Positions 7,297-15,943 of a DNA stretch of 21,531 nucleotides are shown in pieces. Each line of letters starts with the position of its first letter. Position 1 is the first letter of the stretch. The stretch covers positions 1 to 21,531 of the forward strand of contig JAOZFG010000015.1 of the NCBI GenBank assembly GCA_027491435.1, written 5' to 3'. Origin of the DNA: Thermoproteota archaeon. Lineage in GTDB: Archaea; Korarchaeota; Korarchaeia; Korarchaeales; Korarchaeaceae. The notes beneath the pieces are model-generated. The model did not search any database and was not told the DNA's origin. It saw nothing but the letters and a program-made list of their open reading frames with translations. A program made the translations under genes and the position numbers.

Positions 7297-8590
7297 ATGA
7301 AATTCATGACGGATCAACAATTTGTCGACAGGGAGGAGTAAAGTGGCTTAACGGAGCTTATCAAGGGGGGAGTTCGTAGTGATCTATGGGAGGAGAATAG
7401 GGAAAACTGAATTAATTCTGAAGTTCTGTGAGGACAAGCTACCCACTTTCTAGCTGATAAAACCTCTGCGGGAACAACCTGAGGAGACTTTCCAGGAGGA
7501 TGGCTCAATCCTGGGCTTGGAGGCCCTCTCCATGACAGGTTTCCCCGACTGGGAGTACCTTTTCAAGGAGTTCCTCAGGTGGAAAGGGAGTGAAAAAGCT
7601 GTGATAACCACTGACGAGTTTCCCTACCTGGTGGAGCTGGACGGCTCCATAACTTCTCAGTTTCAAAATGGGACCGACGCTTGTCTCACAGGAGGGACGT
7701 TACGCTGATACTGAGCGGATCGAGCGTTGGCGTAATGGAATCATAAGTTTTAGAGGGTCTCTCATTTCGGCAGGAGGACTGGTCAGCGGAAGCTGAGGGA
7801 GCTCTACCCTTGGAGCGTAGAGGATTTACTTCCATACAGGGACGAGGACTTGCTTAGAGTTTACGGCATCTGGGGGTGCCAGCTTACCTAAAGCTGTTAA
7901 GACCTACCTAGGGTTATGGGAGAACTTCAAGGTGGTATTCAGCAAGGTATCTCCCCTCTACGATGAAGCTGAGTACCTCCTCAGGCAGGAGTTGAGGGAT
8001 CTCAAGAGCTACAAGCTGATATTGCAAGCCCTGGCTGAGGGGAAGGAGAGGGTCTCGGAGACCCCCTCCTACACCGGCCTAGACAAGCCTCTGGTCTCAA
8101 GGCACCTAATACGTTAGAGCTAATGGACTAGTTTCCTACGAAATTCCCGCGTTGGGGCCCTTCACTAAGAAAAGGAGACTACATAAAGAACAAGTACTTA
8201 CTTCTGGTTCAGGTACGTACAGCCTAACAAGGATAGTAGAAATGGGAAGAGGTGAACTCACTTCCGTTGTAATGGCCGACTACAAGAGCTACATGGGCTT
8301 TGTGTATGAGTGGGTTGTCAGGCAGCCTTTGCTAGACTTCATCCCAGGAGGTACGGGAGGCACTGGTGAGGGGGAAGCTCAGGGGTTAAAGAAGTAGATT
8401 TAGTAGCCCTAGGGGATGGAAGAAGCGCCCTGGCTGAGGTTAAGTGGTCAAGGCGGGAATAAGGACGTGTTCAGGGCGTTAAACAAGCTGAAAACGGCAG
8501 CTAAGGAGCTAAGCTTGCCTAACCTACGATGTTCTTTATAGGGAGGGAAGTGGACAAGGTGGACGTGCCTGAGGGGGTTAAGCTCTTGGA
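7297..8590 (+). pseudogene. Fragmented archaeal AAA ATPase (ATPase_2/DUF234 type), paralogue of 14555-15907
   Basis: Colinear motif fragments across frames: FVDREE*, VIYGRR-IGKT, DEFPYLVELD, LILSGSSVGVME*, FGRRTGQ, GVPAYL, LYDEAEYLLRQEL, FWFRYV, EVDLVAL, AEVKW. Many stops and frameshifts. The track ORFs at 7517, 7932 and 8152 are pieces of it. Confidence 0.9.
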
Positions 8591-8591
8591 G

Positions 8592-9290
8592 TTAAAGGAC
8601 TTGAAGCGCGTGAAACAGGTAAAGGACGGCGGCTGAAGCGAAGGGCACCGTTATGTTGTCATCCACCTTCGGGAAGACCTCCACGACGGTGGCAACGGCC
8701 CCGGCTATGAGCCCGGGCAGGCCCTTAACCAGAAAGCCCGTGGGAATGGACAGGGCCGCCATGGCCACGCTCCCCCAGAAGCCCTTTACCCACCTCTTGT
8801 AAACCACGCTCCTAACTATGCCTGTGACCCCATCCCCATAGGCCATGAAAACAGCGGAGAGAACTGCTATCCAGACGTCGACGTACCAGAAGATCAGGAA
8901 GAGGAGGCCGAAGCTCACGCAGAACCAGGTGTCCCCGTAGTTACCCTCAACCTGGTACCAGTCCATCACCTCCCCCCTTAACCTGGGCAGGATGGTTAGC
9001 AGGGCCATGCCGGCAGCCCCCACCACAGGCACAGTCGGTTTTTCGAAGATGAAGGGGGCGAGAACGGCCACTAGCCCTCCGGTGGTGAAGTGTATGAACT
9101 TCCTGGCTATGTACTTGTTCCACCTCCTGGCAACGGGCTTAGACGCTTTGTAAATCATTAGTAGTACCCAGATAACCAGGATAACTCCCCAGACAATCTC
9201 TTGGACTGAAGGAGGCCACATCATAGCTAGCACAAGGGATATAACCAGAAAAACTGCGACCGCAATGCCCTGCCTAACCTGGGGGGACAT
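8592..9290 (-). CDS. Dolichol/phytol kinase-like CTP-dependent polyprenol kinase (membrane protein)
   Basis: Multi-TM protein with ARKFIH, YGDG..GIV, KGFWGS and DDNITVP, motifs typical of the SEC59/VTE5 family. Confidence 0.82.
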   Translation of the reverse strand: MSPQVRQGIAVAVFLVISLVLAMMWPPSVQEIVWGVILVIWVLLMIYKASKPVARRWNKYIARKFIHFTTGGLVAVLAPFIFEKPTVPVVGAAGMALLTILPRLRGEVMDWYQVEGNYGDTWFCVSFGLLFLIFWYVDVWIAVLSAVFMAYGDGVTGIVRSVVYKRWVKGFWGSVAMAALSIPTGFLVKGLPGLIAGAVATVVEVFPKVDDNITVPFASAAVLYLFHALQVL

Positions 9291-9987
9291 CCCCCCTTCC
9301 TGAACTGGAACCTTTTAAGCGTTGCACCGACACTGGAATTGCGCCTACAGCCTTCACCTCCCTGGTCTTCGGGAGGTAAGCGAACTTGACTGCCCTCACC
9401 TCAACTCCTCTCTCCACCGCCCTCGCCAAAGCCTCCGAAAACCCCGGGTCAGTCTCCCAGTTAGGGGACAGGCTGTGGGCGTCGGGCCTCATGACTAGGA
9501 ATAGGACCATCGCCTTGTAACCCAAATTTAAGGCCCTGATGAGGTTAAGGACGTGCCTCCTCCCCCTCTCCGTCGGGGCGTCTGGAAAGAGGGCCAGGCC
9601 GTCCCTGACCAAAGTACAGCCCTTGACCTCAACTAGGGTGTCGCCGACCAGGAAGTCAACCCTGCTATCCCCGAACTTAACTTCCCTCCTGACTTCCCCC
9701 TCTAGCCCCAGGGTGTGGAACACCTCCTCAGCCAGATCGCTGTGCAACCCGGAGTTGACGACTGTCCAGACGTCCCTCCAAATCAGGAACACCTCACAGT
9801 CCGTCTTCCTCCCCCTAGCGGGCCTGTCGAAGAGAACCACTGGGGCTCCAGGGACCATTAGCTCGGTTAACCTTCCGGGGTCCCTTAGATGGCACCTCCT
9901 AACTCCCGAGGGGGTTAACACCCTTAAGGTGAACCTGTTGGGCCTGTCTACTAGCCTTCCACCTTTAAGGGGCTCCCTAACTCTCAA
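9274..9987 (-). CDS. sfsA: SfsA DNA/RNA nuclease-like protein (sugar fermentation stimulation protein)
   Basis: Motifs RPNRF, HLRDPGRL.EL, REV.FG.SRVDF, VEVKGCTL and FPDAPTERG.RH. Confidence 0.93.
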   Translation of the reverse strand: MRVREPLKGGRLVDRPNRFTLRVLTPSGVRRCHLRDPGRLTELMVPGAPVVLFDRPARGRKTDCEVFLIWRDVWTVVNSGLHSDLAEEVFHTLGLEGEVRREVKFGDSRVDFLVGDTLVEVKGCTLVRDGLALFPDAPTERGRRHVLNLIRALNLGYKAMVLFLVMRPDAHSLSPNWETDPGFSEALARAVERGVEVRAVKFAYLPKTREVKAVGAIPVSVQRLKGSSSGRGDVPPG

Positions 9988-10452
9988 CTCCCTTTTTCAC
10001 CCACCACAGAAGCACGAAGAATAAGATAAAGTCACTAGCAAGGTTAGTGGCAGTCCGTGACGGACTTCCTCTATAGAATAGCTGACTTCAAGCTCCCCAC
10101 ACAGCTTAGGGCTCATCGTTAATGAAGGCAGGCACCTCCTTTACTAGAGCCCTCCCTCACTCGACCTCTCCCCTAAACTAATCAGGGTAAGCCTCTGTCA
10201 CCCCTTTCCTTAGGATTAGAGCCCTTTCTTTGGTCAGCAGGGCGAAGCCCTCATCCCACTGGGCTCCTAAGACCTCTGCCTTGGTGTCAACCCTCACAGA
10301 CTTATTTCCGTGGATTAGAATGGTCCCATCCCCGTGAACTAAGGCTAGATCTTCAAGAGGTAGGCCTTTCCCTCCCAGAAGGTCCCTGAGATGAAACCTG
10401 AGCCTGGGAGAAGGAGGACGAGCAGGAGCAAGGGAGAAAGCTCACCGATCAC
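9977..10452 (-). pseudogene. Decayed gene for a secreted, C-terminally anchored surface protein
   Basis: Minus-strand fragments: signal-peptide-like LLLLVLLLPGSGFISG, beta-rich DLALVHGDGTILIHGNKSVRVDTKAEVLGAQWDEGFALL, and C-terminal ILFFVLLWWVKKGVES*. Broken by stops and frameshifts. TTTATAAA box at about 10474-10481; the stop overlaps the sfsA start region. Confidence 0.5.
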
Positions 10453-10560
10453 CTATTTATCTGGACTTCTCCATTTATAAACTAGGGAGTATATAAGGAG
10501 GTAAATTGGTTCATCGGAGGCTATAATTTTAAGTTTCAACTTCGTGAACTAGGGGATAAC

Positions 10561-11745
10561 ATGCCCGACTGGTTCTACCACGAGCTCTCTAAAGGAGTTA
10601 CTATGGTTAGGGTGCTTAATAGGAGGCTCCCCAGGTTCGAGAACTTCTGGCCCATACCCAGGGGAACCTCCTACAACTTCTACCTGGTCGAGGGAGACGA
10701 GGGAGTAGCGGTGATAGACGGGGTGGACTACAGGTTTACAAAGGAGTTCTTCGAAGCACTCGACGAGCTCGTTGACTACGACAGGATAAGGTACGTGGTA
10801 ACGCAGCACACGGAGCCGGATCACTCAGGTACCCTAGCGGAGCTCCTCAAGAGGGCTGAAAAAGCCCAGCTTTTAGGGACTATGCACGCTTTAATGATAG
10901 GAGAGAAGCTGGCCAACCTACCCAAGTCAAGGGCTAAGCAGGTGAAGGAAGGCGAGGAGATCTCCCTGGGAGGCAAGACCTTGAGGTTCCACCCCACGCC
11001 CATGGTCCACTGGCCCGACACGCTCATGACATACCTAGTGGAGGACTCGATACTCTTCACCTGTGACCTCTTCGGCTCACACGGGGCCAGTGAGAAGGTA
11101 TTCTACGATGAGGCACCAGAGGAGTTCGAGCTAGCCGACTACTACTCTTCAGTGCTGATGGTGTACGATAAGATGGTGGCCAAGGCCGTGGACAAGGTCA
11201 GGGCTATATCCCCTAAAGTTATAGCTCCAGCCCACGGGGCATTGCATAGAGACCTGAGCATCCTTGACGTTTACCAGGACTGGGCCAACTGGAAGCCCAA
11301 GAAGAGGGCCTTCATCCTGGTGGGGAGTCAATACGAGAACACGGCCAAGGCAGCTGAGGCAGCTGCAGAGGAGCTAAGGGGTATGGGCTTTCAGGTGGAC
11401 CTTGTGGACTCCGCGGAGGTCATGTGGGACGACGCCCTCACCATGACCATAGAGTCGGGCCTGATCCTGCTGGCAACCTCAACCCACAACGGAAAGCCCT
11501 TCCCTGGGATCTCCTTCTACTTAGATCTCCTTGAGGAGTTCAAGCCCAGGAACAGAGTTTTCGCAGTTATGGGCTCCTACGGCTGGGGAGGCGGAGCCTC
11601 CAGGTACGTAAAGAAGAAGCTCGAATCCATGGGCGTGGAAGTAAAGGGGGTATTCGACTTTAAGGGGGCTGCCGACGAGGAGGTCTTGAGGAAGGCGAGG
11701 GAGTTCGCTAGGCAGATGGGTGAGGAGGTACTCAAGCTGCTATGA
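10561..11745 (+). CDS. fprA: Flavodiiron protein (type A flavoprotein, O2/NO reductase)
   Basis: Beta-lactamase-like di-iron motifs HTEPDH, VHWPD, TCDLFG and PAHG, followed by a flavodoxin domain (GSQYENT, GSYGWGG). Confidence 0.93.
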   Translation: MPDWFYHELSKGVTMVRVLNRRLPRFENFWPIPRGTSYNFYLVEGDEGVAVIDGVDYRFTKEFFEALDELVDYDRIRYVVTQHTEPDHSGTLAELLKRAEKAQLLGTMHALMIGEKLANLPKSRAKQVKEGEEISLGGKTLRFHPTPMVHWPDTLMTYLVEDSILFTCDLFGSHGASEKVFYDEAPEEFELADYYSSVLMVYDKMVAKAVDKVRAISPKVIAPAHGALHRDLSILDVYQDWANWKPKKRAFILVGSQYENTAKAAEAAAEELRGMGFQVDLVDSAEVMWDDALTMTIESGLILLATSTHNGKPFPGISFYLDLLEEFKPRNRVFAVMGSYGWGGGASRYVKKKLESMGVEVKGVFDFKGAADEEVLRKAREFARQMGEEVLKLL

Positions 11746-12674
11746 GCTTAAGGAGGGCCAGGATCCTAAGCGCGGTAACGGTGTCCTTCTCCTTCCTTTT
11801 CTTGACGCTGGGGCTAGCTGGCCTGCTAGTGGACTTGAGGTGGCACATGAAGCTCATGATAGCCGGCCTCCTGGCCTTCGCCTCGGGGGTTAACATCTCC
11901 TTCCTGGCGGCTTTGAGCAGGAAGTCCTCCTTAATGGCGGTGGTGCACTCCTTAGTCCTAACGCTGCTGCCCTTAATTCCAGATCAACTTATGGTGCTGG
12001 CCTTCTCATTGACAGGCCTTCTCATGACGGCCCTCTCAGGTAGGAGGGACTTCTACACTGGAGTTATAGCTTACTCCTATTTAGCCCCGGCCCTAGCCCT
12101 GAACTACCAAGGGATTCCCTTCTTCCTCTGGCTGGCCTGGTCTCACCCGGTAGCCCTGATATATGCGGTCTCCCTCCACTCGATTCCCAAAACCTACAGG
12201 TACGAGTACAACCGCCTTCTAGCCTACTCGGCGCTGGCGACTCACCTCTACGCCCTGCTAAGGGGGGAGCCCTTCTTCTCCTCGTTGAGCATGCTCCTCT
12301 ACCTGCTATCCCTCAAGTTGAATGAGGCCCTACGCTCGATGAGGAAGGTCAAGGGGGAGGCCAGAAAGGCTCATAAGTACTTGATCACCGCCTACCTCCT
12401 CCTAATACCTGTGATCCTGTTCTCCTTCACCGGCTTAAGGCAGCTAGCATACCTGCACCTCGTCCTGCTGGGCTTTATAGGGCTTCACGTCTATGGTCAC
12501 GCCCCAATGATGCTCCCCGTTATCTTCGGGGTCAAGAACGCCAGGAGCTTCTCCCCATTACCCCTGCTCATGCTGGCCCTGTCCTCAGTGGCGTGGCCTT
12601 ACAACAAGGAGGTAGCCCTCTACCTACTACTGGGAAGCGTCCCGCTCCTCGTATCTATAGTTACCATGGACTAA
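11742..12674 (+). CDS. Polytopic His-rich membrane protein, NnrS-like
   Basis: Many hydrophobic helices with intramembrane His motifs WHMKLMIAG and LHLVLLGFIGLHVYGHAPMMLP. ATGA overlap with fprA. Confidence 0.7.
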   Translation: MSLRRARILSAVTVSFSFLFLTLGLAGLLVDLRWHMKLMIAGLLAFASGVNISFLAALSRKSSLMAVVHSLVLTLLPLIPDQLMVLAFSLTGLLMTALSGRRDFYTGVIAYSYLAPALALNYQGIPFFLWLAWSHPVALIYAVSLHSIPKTYRYEYNRLLAYSALATHLYALLRGEPFFSSLSMLLYLLSLKLNEALRSMRKVKGEARKAHKYLITAYLLLIPVILFSFTGLRQLAYLHLVLLGFIGLHVYGHAPMMLPVIFGVKNARSFSPLPLLMLALSSVAWPYNKEVALYLLLGSVPLLVSIVTMD

Positions 12675-12712
12675 CTAGAAACGAATTTAAATCTATAAAA
12701 TTATTTATACAT

Positions 12713-13456
12713 ATGAAGTACGAGGCCAGGTCCTTCTACTATCACGTGGAGGGGGCTGCCCACCTCTTTAGAGACTTCGTCGACAGGTTGATGAACAAGC
12801 TCTCGCTCAGGGGCGTCGCCATAACGGATAAGCTGCTGGAGGAGGACGTCTTCAAAGCCTCAGTCAAGTACAGGGATGAGAGGGGGAAGTTAGCAACGAC
12901 GCTTTCAGGAGAAGACGTGAAAGTAGTTTACGAGGTGGAGGCCACAGGCATGCTGAGGAGAGGGGTCCTGGGGGCCTTAATGGGCGGCGGTCTGGGCACG
13001 CTCGCCTCAAGCATATTTTCGGGGGACTTGGACTCGATAAAGGGGGCAATAGCCGGAGCCGTCGTTGGGGGAGCTTATGGAATTCTAGACGGGTTCAACA
13101 CGGCGATGAGCGAGGCCACCGAATTCTCCAAGCTGTTGGCTGAAGCCATAAGGGAGGTCGAGTGGGAACTGCGGGAGAGGCTCGAGGCCGAGAGGGCGGC
13201 TATTGAAGAGCTGAACTCCTTAAGGAGGGAGTTAGAGGAGGTGTTCGCTGAAGCTATCTCTGTAGGAGATGAGATATCCTTAATGGAAGCTGAAGATAAG
13301 GACGTCTCAAGGGCCAAGGTCAGATACGAGGCGGCTCTCAGGAGTTTGGACGAGGCTGAAAGGGCCCTTTCCAAGGGCGACTTGATGATGGCCAGGGCCA
13401 AGGTCAGGTCAGCTGCCAGAATGGTTCAACTGGCTAAGGAGCTGTTAAAGCCCTGA
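12713..13456 (+). CDS. Glycine-zipper and coiled-coil hypothetical protein (247 aa)
   Basis: Start revised to ATG 12713, after an AT-rich promoter. GxxxG repeats (GVLGALMGGGLG; GAIAGAVVGGAYG) are followed by a long acidic coiled coil and a helical hairpin. Confidence 0.82.
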   Translation: MKYEARSFYYHVEGAAHLFRDFVDRLMNKLSLRGVAITDKLLEEDVFKASVKYRDERGKLATTLSGEDVKVVYEVEATGMLRRGVLGALMGGGLGTLASSIFSGDLDSIKGAIAGAVVGGAYGILDGFNTAMSEATEFSKLLAEAIREVEWELRERLEAERAAIEELNSLRRELEEVFAEAISVGDEISLMEAEDKDVSRAKVRYEAALRSLDEAERALSKGDLMMARAKVRSAARMVQLAKELLKP

Positions 13457-14027
13457 GCATGGGCAGCTCCCTCTCAAGTAGCGTGGGCTCTCCGTGTCCC
13501 GGCAATATCCTTACGTCCTTAGGGAGCTTCATCAGAAGTTTGAGGCTCCTCTTCAACTCGCCCTCATTGCCGCCTTTAAAATCCGTCCTGCCAACAGCTC
13601 CTGCGAACAGGGTGTCCCCGGTGAAGAGAACCCTGCCATCCTTCAAGTAGTAGCATGTGCTCCCTGGCGTGTGTCCTGGGGTGTGTATGACCTCCACCTT
13701 TAAGCCGCTCAGGTAAATCTCATCTGGTAAAGGTTTTAACTCGGGCGGCTCCAGCGAGAGGGGCCAGACCTCCCTGAAGAACTCCACCTCCAATGGATGG
13801 GCGTAGGCGGGCACCTCAGTTAAGGCCTGTAGCCCTCTGAGCCCTGTGAGGTGGTCGTAGTGCCCGTGGGTTATCAACACGAACCTCAGCTTGACGCCCT
13901 CCCTTTCCACAGCTTCAACCAGAGCTTCGCTGGGAGGGCCCGCGTCCACCAGTAAAGCCTCTTCACCCTCAATCACCAAGTACGACAGGCTGTCGTAGGG
14001 CCCGCAACATATCCTAACCACCCTCAT
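13434..14027 (-). CDS. Metallo-beta-lactamase fold hydrolase (glyoxalase II-like)
   Basis: Motifs THGHYDH, TPGHTPGS, FTGDTLF.G.VGRTD and PGHG. ATG 14027 fits TATA spacing better than GTG 14042. Confidence 0.92.
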   Translation of the reverse strand: MRVVRICCGPYDSLSYLVIEGEEALLVDAGPPSEALVEAVEREGVKLRFVLITHGHYDHLTGLRGLQALTEVPAYAHPLEVEFFREVWPLSLEPPELKPLPDEIYLSGLKVEVIHTPGHTPGSTCYYLKDGRVLFTGDTLFAGAVGRTDFKGGNEGELKRSLKLLMKLPKDVRILPGHGEPTLLERELPMLRALTAP

Positions 14028-14047
14028 GCGACCACCCTTCACAATAG

Positions 14048-14056
14048 TTTATATAA
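14048..14056. promoter_or_regulatory. TATA box usable in both directions between divergent genes
   Basis: Reads TTTATATAA on the plus strand and TTATATAAA on the minus strand. It lies 21 nt from ATG 14027 (-) and 28 nt from ATG 14084 (+). Confidence 0.5.
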
Positions 14057-14083
14057 TGTTGGAGCGTAATTAATAGGGATTAC

Positions 14084-14518
14084 ATGGTCATGGCAGGCAG
14101 GGGCAGTGAGAGGTTAAAATCCCTCCTTAATGAGGCGATAGCCAGGGAGATTCAAGTTTCCATACAGTACATGTGGCAACACGTCCAGACCAAGGGACCT
14201 CTACACCATCTGTTGGCGGACGAGCTGAAGAAAATAGCCATCTCCGAGATGAAACACGCTGAAGCCATAGCCGAGAGGTTGTGGTACCTGGGAGGGACTC
14301 CGACCACCACTCCGAGTCCGATCTTCGTCGGAAATGACCTCAAGGAGATGATGGAACAGGACGTCAAGGACGAGGAGAAGGCCATAGAGCTCTACAAAGA
14401 GATAATAAAAGTGGCTACTGAGGAAGGAGATATAACAACAGCAAGGTTATTCAGAAAAATACTTGAAGATGAGGAGGAACATCACGACTTCTTCACCACG
14501 ATCCTAGAGGGACTCTAA
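14084..14518 (+). CDS. bfr: Bacterioferritin-like ferritin-family protein lacking C-terminal helix E
   Basis: Ferroxidase ligands REIQ..IQY, SEMKHA (equivalent to E. coli Bfr E51/M52/H54, haem Met retained), KDEE and DEEEH. The protein ends right after helix D. Alternative start ATG 14090. Confidence 0.85.
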   Translation: MVMAGRGSERLKSLLNEAIAREIQVSIQYMWQHVQTKGPLHHLLADELKKIAISEMKHAEAIAERLWYLGGTPTTTPSPIFVGNDLKEMMEQDVKDEEKAIELYKEIIKVATEEGDITTARLFRKILEDEEEHHDFFTTILEGL

Positions 14519-14533
14519 CAACCCCTTTTTATT

Positions 14534-14562
14534 ATACTCTAGAGTATCTTACTTATGAGTAA
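14534..14562 (+). promoter_or_regulatory. Tandem TACT-N4-AGTA palindromes over the ATPase promoter and start codon
   Basis: ATACTCTAGAGTAT (14534-14547, perfect) and TTACTtatgAGTAA (14549-14562), next to a TTTTTATTATA tract. Confidence 0.55.
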
Positions 14563-15907
14563 GTTCATAGACCGGGACAGGGAGTTAGCCCTCCTCAACA
14601 AGAGGTACGGCTCGGGTAAAGCGGAGCTCGTCTTCATCTACGGCAGGAGAAGGGTCGGCAAGACCAGGCTGGTCAAGGAGTTCCTTAAAGGGAAGAGGGG
14701 AGTTTACCTACTAGCCAAGCAGACCAGCGTCAAGGAGAACCTAACGTCCTTCTCCAGGAGAATCTCTGAGGCGTTAGGGGATGAACTGCTTAAACTCTCC
14801 CCGCTCCAGAGCTGGGACGCCCTCTTTCACTACATGTCCAGGGACGACAGGATCGTCTTCGTCATCGACGAGTTCCCCTACCTAGTTGAGCTTGACCCGT
14901 CGCTGCCCAGCGTCCTACAGTACCACTGGGACGAACACATGTCAAGCTCTAAGGTCTTCCTGATACTGACAGGGTCCACAGTCTCACTCATGGAGGAGCT
15001 AATGGGGCCTAAGAGCCCCCTTTACGGCAGGAGGACGGGGCAGATAAAGGTTAACCCACTGGACTACTTTCAAGCAAGGCTCTTCTTCAGTAAATACGGT
15101 ACTGAGGACGCTGTCAGGGCCTACTCAATTCTAGGGGGGACCCCAGCCTACCTCAACCTTTTCAGGGATTCCATCAGCTTGAGGGAGAACTTAATCAACA
15201 ACCTGAGGGCGGACTCCCTGCTTTACTCGGATGCGATGTTCCTGCTGAGGGAGGAGGTCAGGGAGCCCCACAACTACATGGCAGTGCTTGAGGCCGTGGC
15301 CTCAGGCTACAACAGGTTTGGACAGATAGCCGACGTGACGGGGTTGGGAAGATCTTCCCTGGGCAAGTACCTGTCTGTGCTCCAGGAGCTGGGCTTCCTG
15401 GAGAGGTTAACTCCGATAGGCAGTAGGAAGAGGGGGATCTACAGGATAAGGGACCCCTACCTCAGGTTCTGGTTCAGGTTCATTTACCCCAACCAGGACC
15501 TCGTGGAGTACGGGGAGGTGGACAGGCTGGTAGACCTCATACTCAAGGAGCTGGACACCTACGTCGGGGAGGTCTTTGAAGACGTGGTCGCCCAGCTTCT
15601 GAGGAGGATGAACTACTTGGGCGAGCTCCCCTTCAGGTTCTCCTCCCTGGGGAAGTGGTGGCACGGCGATAAGGAGTTCGACTTGGTAGCCCTGGGTAAA
15701 GGGAAGGCCCTTATAGTGGAGGTCAAGTGGTCCGAGCTGAAAGCCAGGGACGTGGAGAGGGTTTTGGGCCGGCTTAGGGAGAGGGTTAAGGGAACCCCCT
15801 TCCAGGACAGGGAGCTTCACTTCCTGGTGGTCGGGAGGAAGGCCCCTCCACCGGCCATCTCCTTCGAGGAGTGGGACCTGAGGCTGAGCTTTAGGGGCGT
15901 CAGCTGA
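14555..15907 (+). CDS. Archaeal AAA ATPase (ATPase_2) with wHTH and a C-terminal DUF234 PD-(D/E)xK-like domain
   Basis: Motifs FIDRDREL, YGRRRVGKT (Walker A), VIDEFPYL (Walker B), LYGRRTG, GGTPAYL, DPYLRFWFRF and EFDLVA..VEVKW. Confidence 0.92.
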   Translation: MSKFIDRDRELALLNKRYGSGKAELVFIYGRRRVGKTRLVKEFLKGKRGVYLLAKQTSVKENLTSFSRRISEALGDELLKLSPLQSWDALFHYMSRDDRIVFVIDEFPYLVELDPSLPSVLQYHWDEHMSSSKVFLILTGSTVSLMEELMGPKSPLYGRRTGQIKVNPLDYFQARLFFSKYGTEDAVRAYSILGGTPAYLNLFRDSISLRENLINNLRADSLLYSDAMFLLREEVREPHNYMAVLEAVASGYNRFGQIADVTGLGRSSLGKYLSVLQELGFLERLTPIGSRKRGIYRIRDPYLRFWFRFIYPNQDLVEYGEVDRLVDLILKELDTYVGEVFEDVVAQLLRRMNYLGELPFRFSSLGKWWHGDKEFDLVALGKGKALIVEVKWSELKARDVERVLGRLRERVKGTPFQDRELHFLVVGRKAPPPAISFEEWDLRLSFRGVS

Positions 15908-15943
15908 AGGCGACTTTATATCTTTACCCCAGCCCTTGACCAG

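Noticed and set aside
12593-12712. 40-aa N-terminal extension of the glycine-zipper ORF
   Set aside because: It overlaps the upstream gene and runs through an AT-rich promoter. ATG 12713 is more plausible.
13981-13997. Perfect inverted repeat TACGACAG-G-CTGTCGTA
   Set aside because: It lies inside the MBL coding sequence (YDSLSY) with no other support, so it is compatible with chance.
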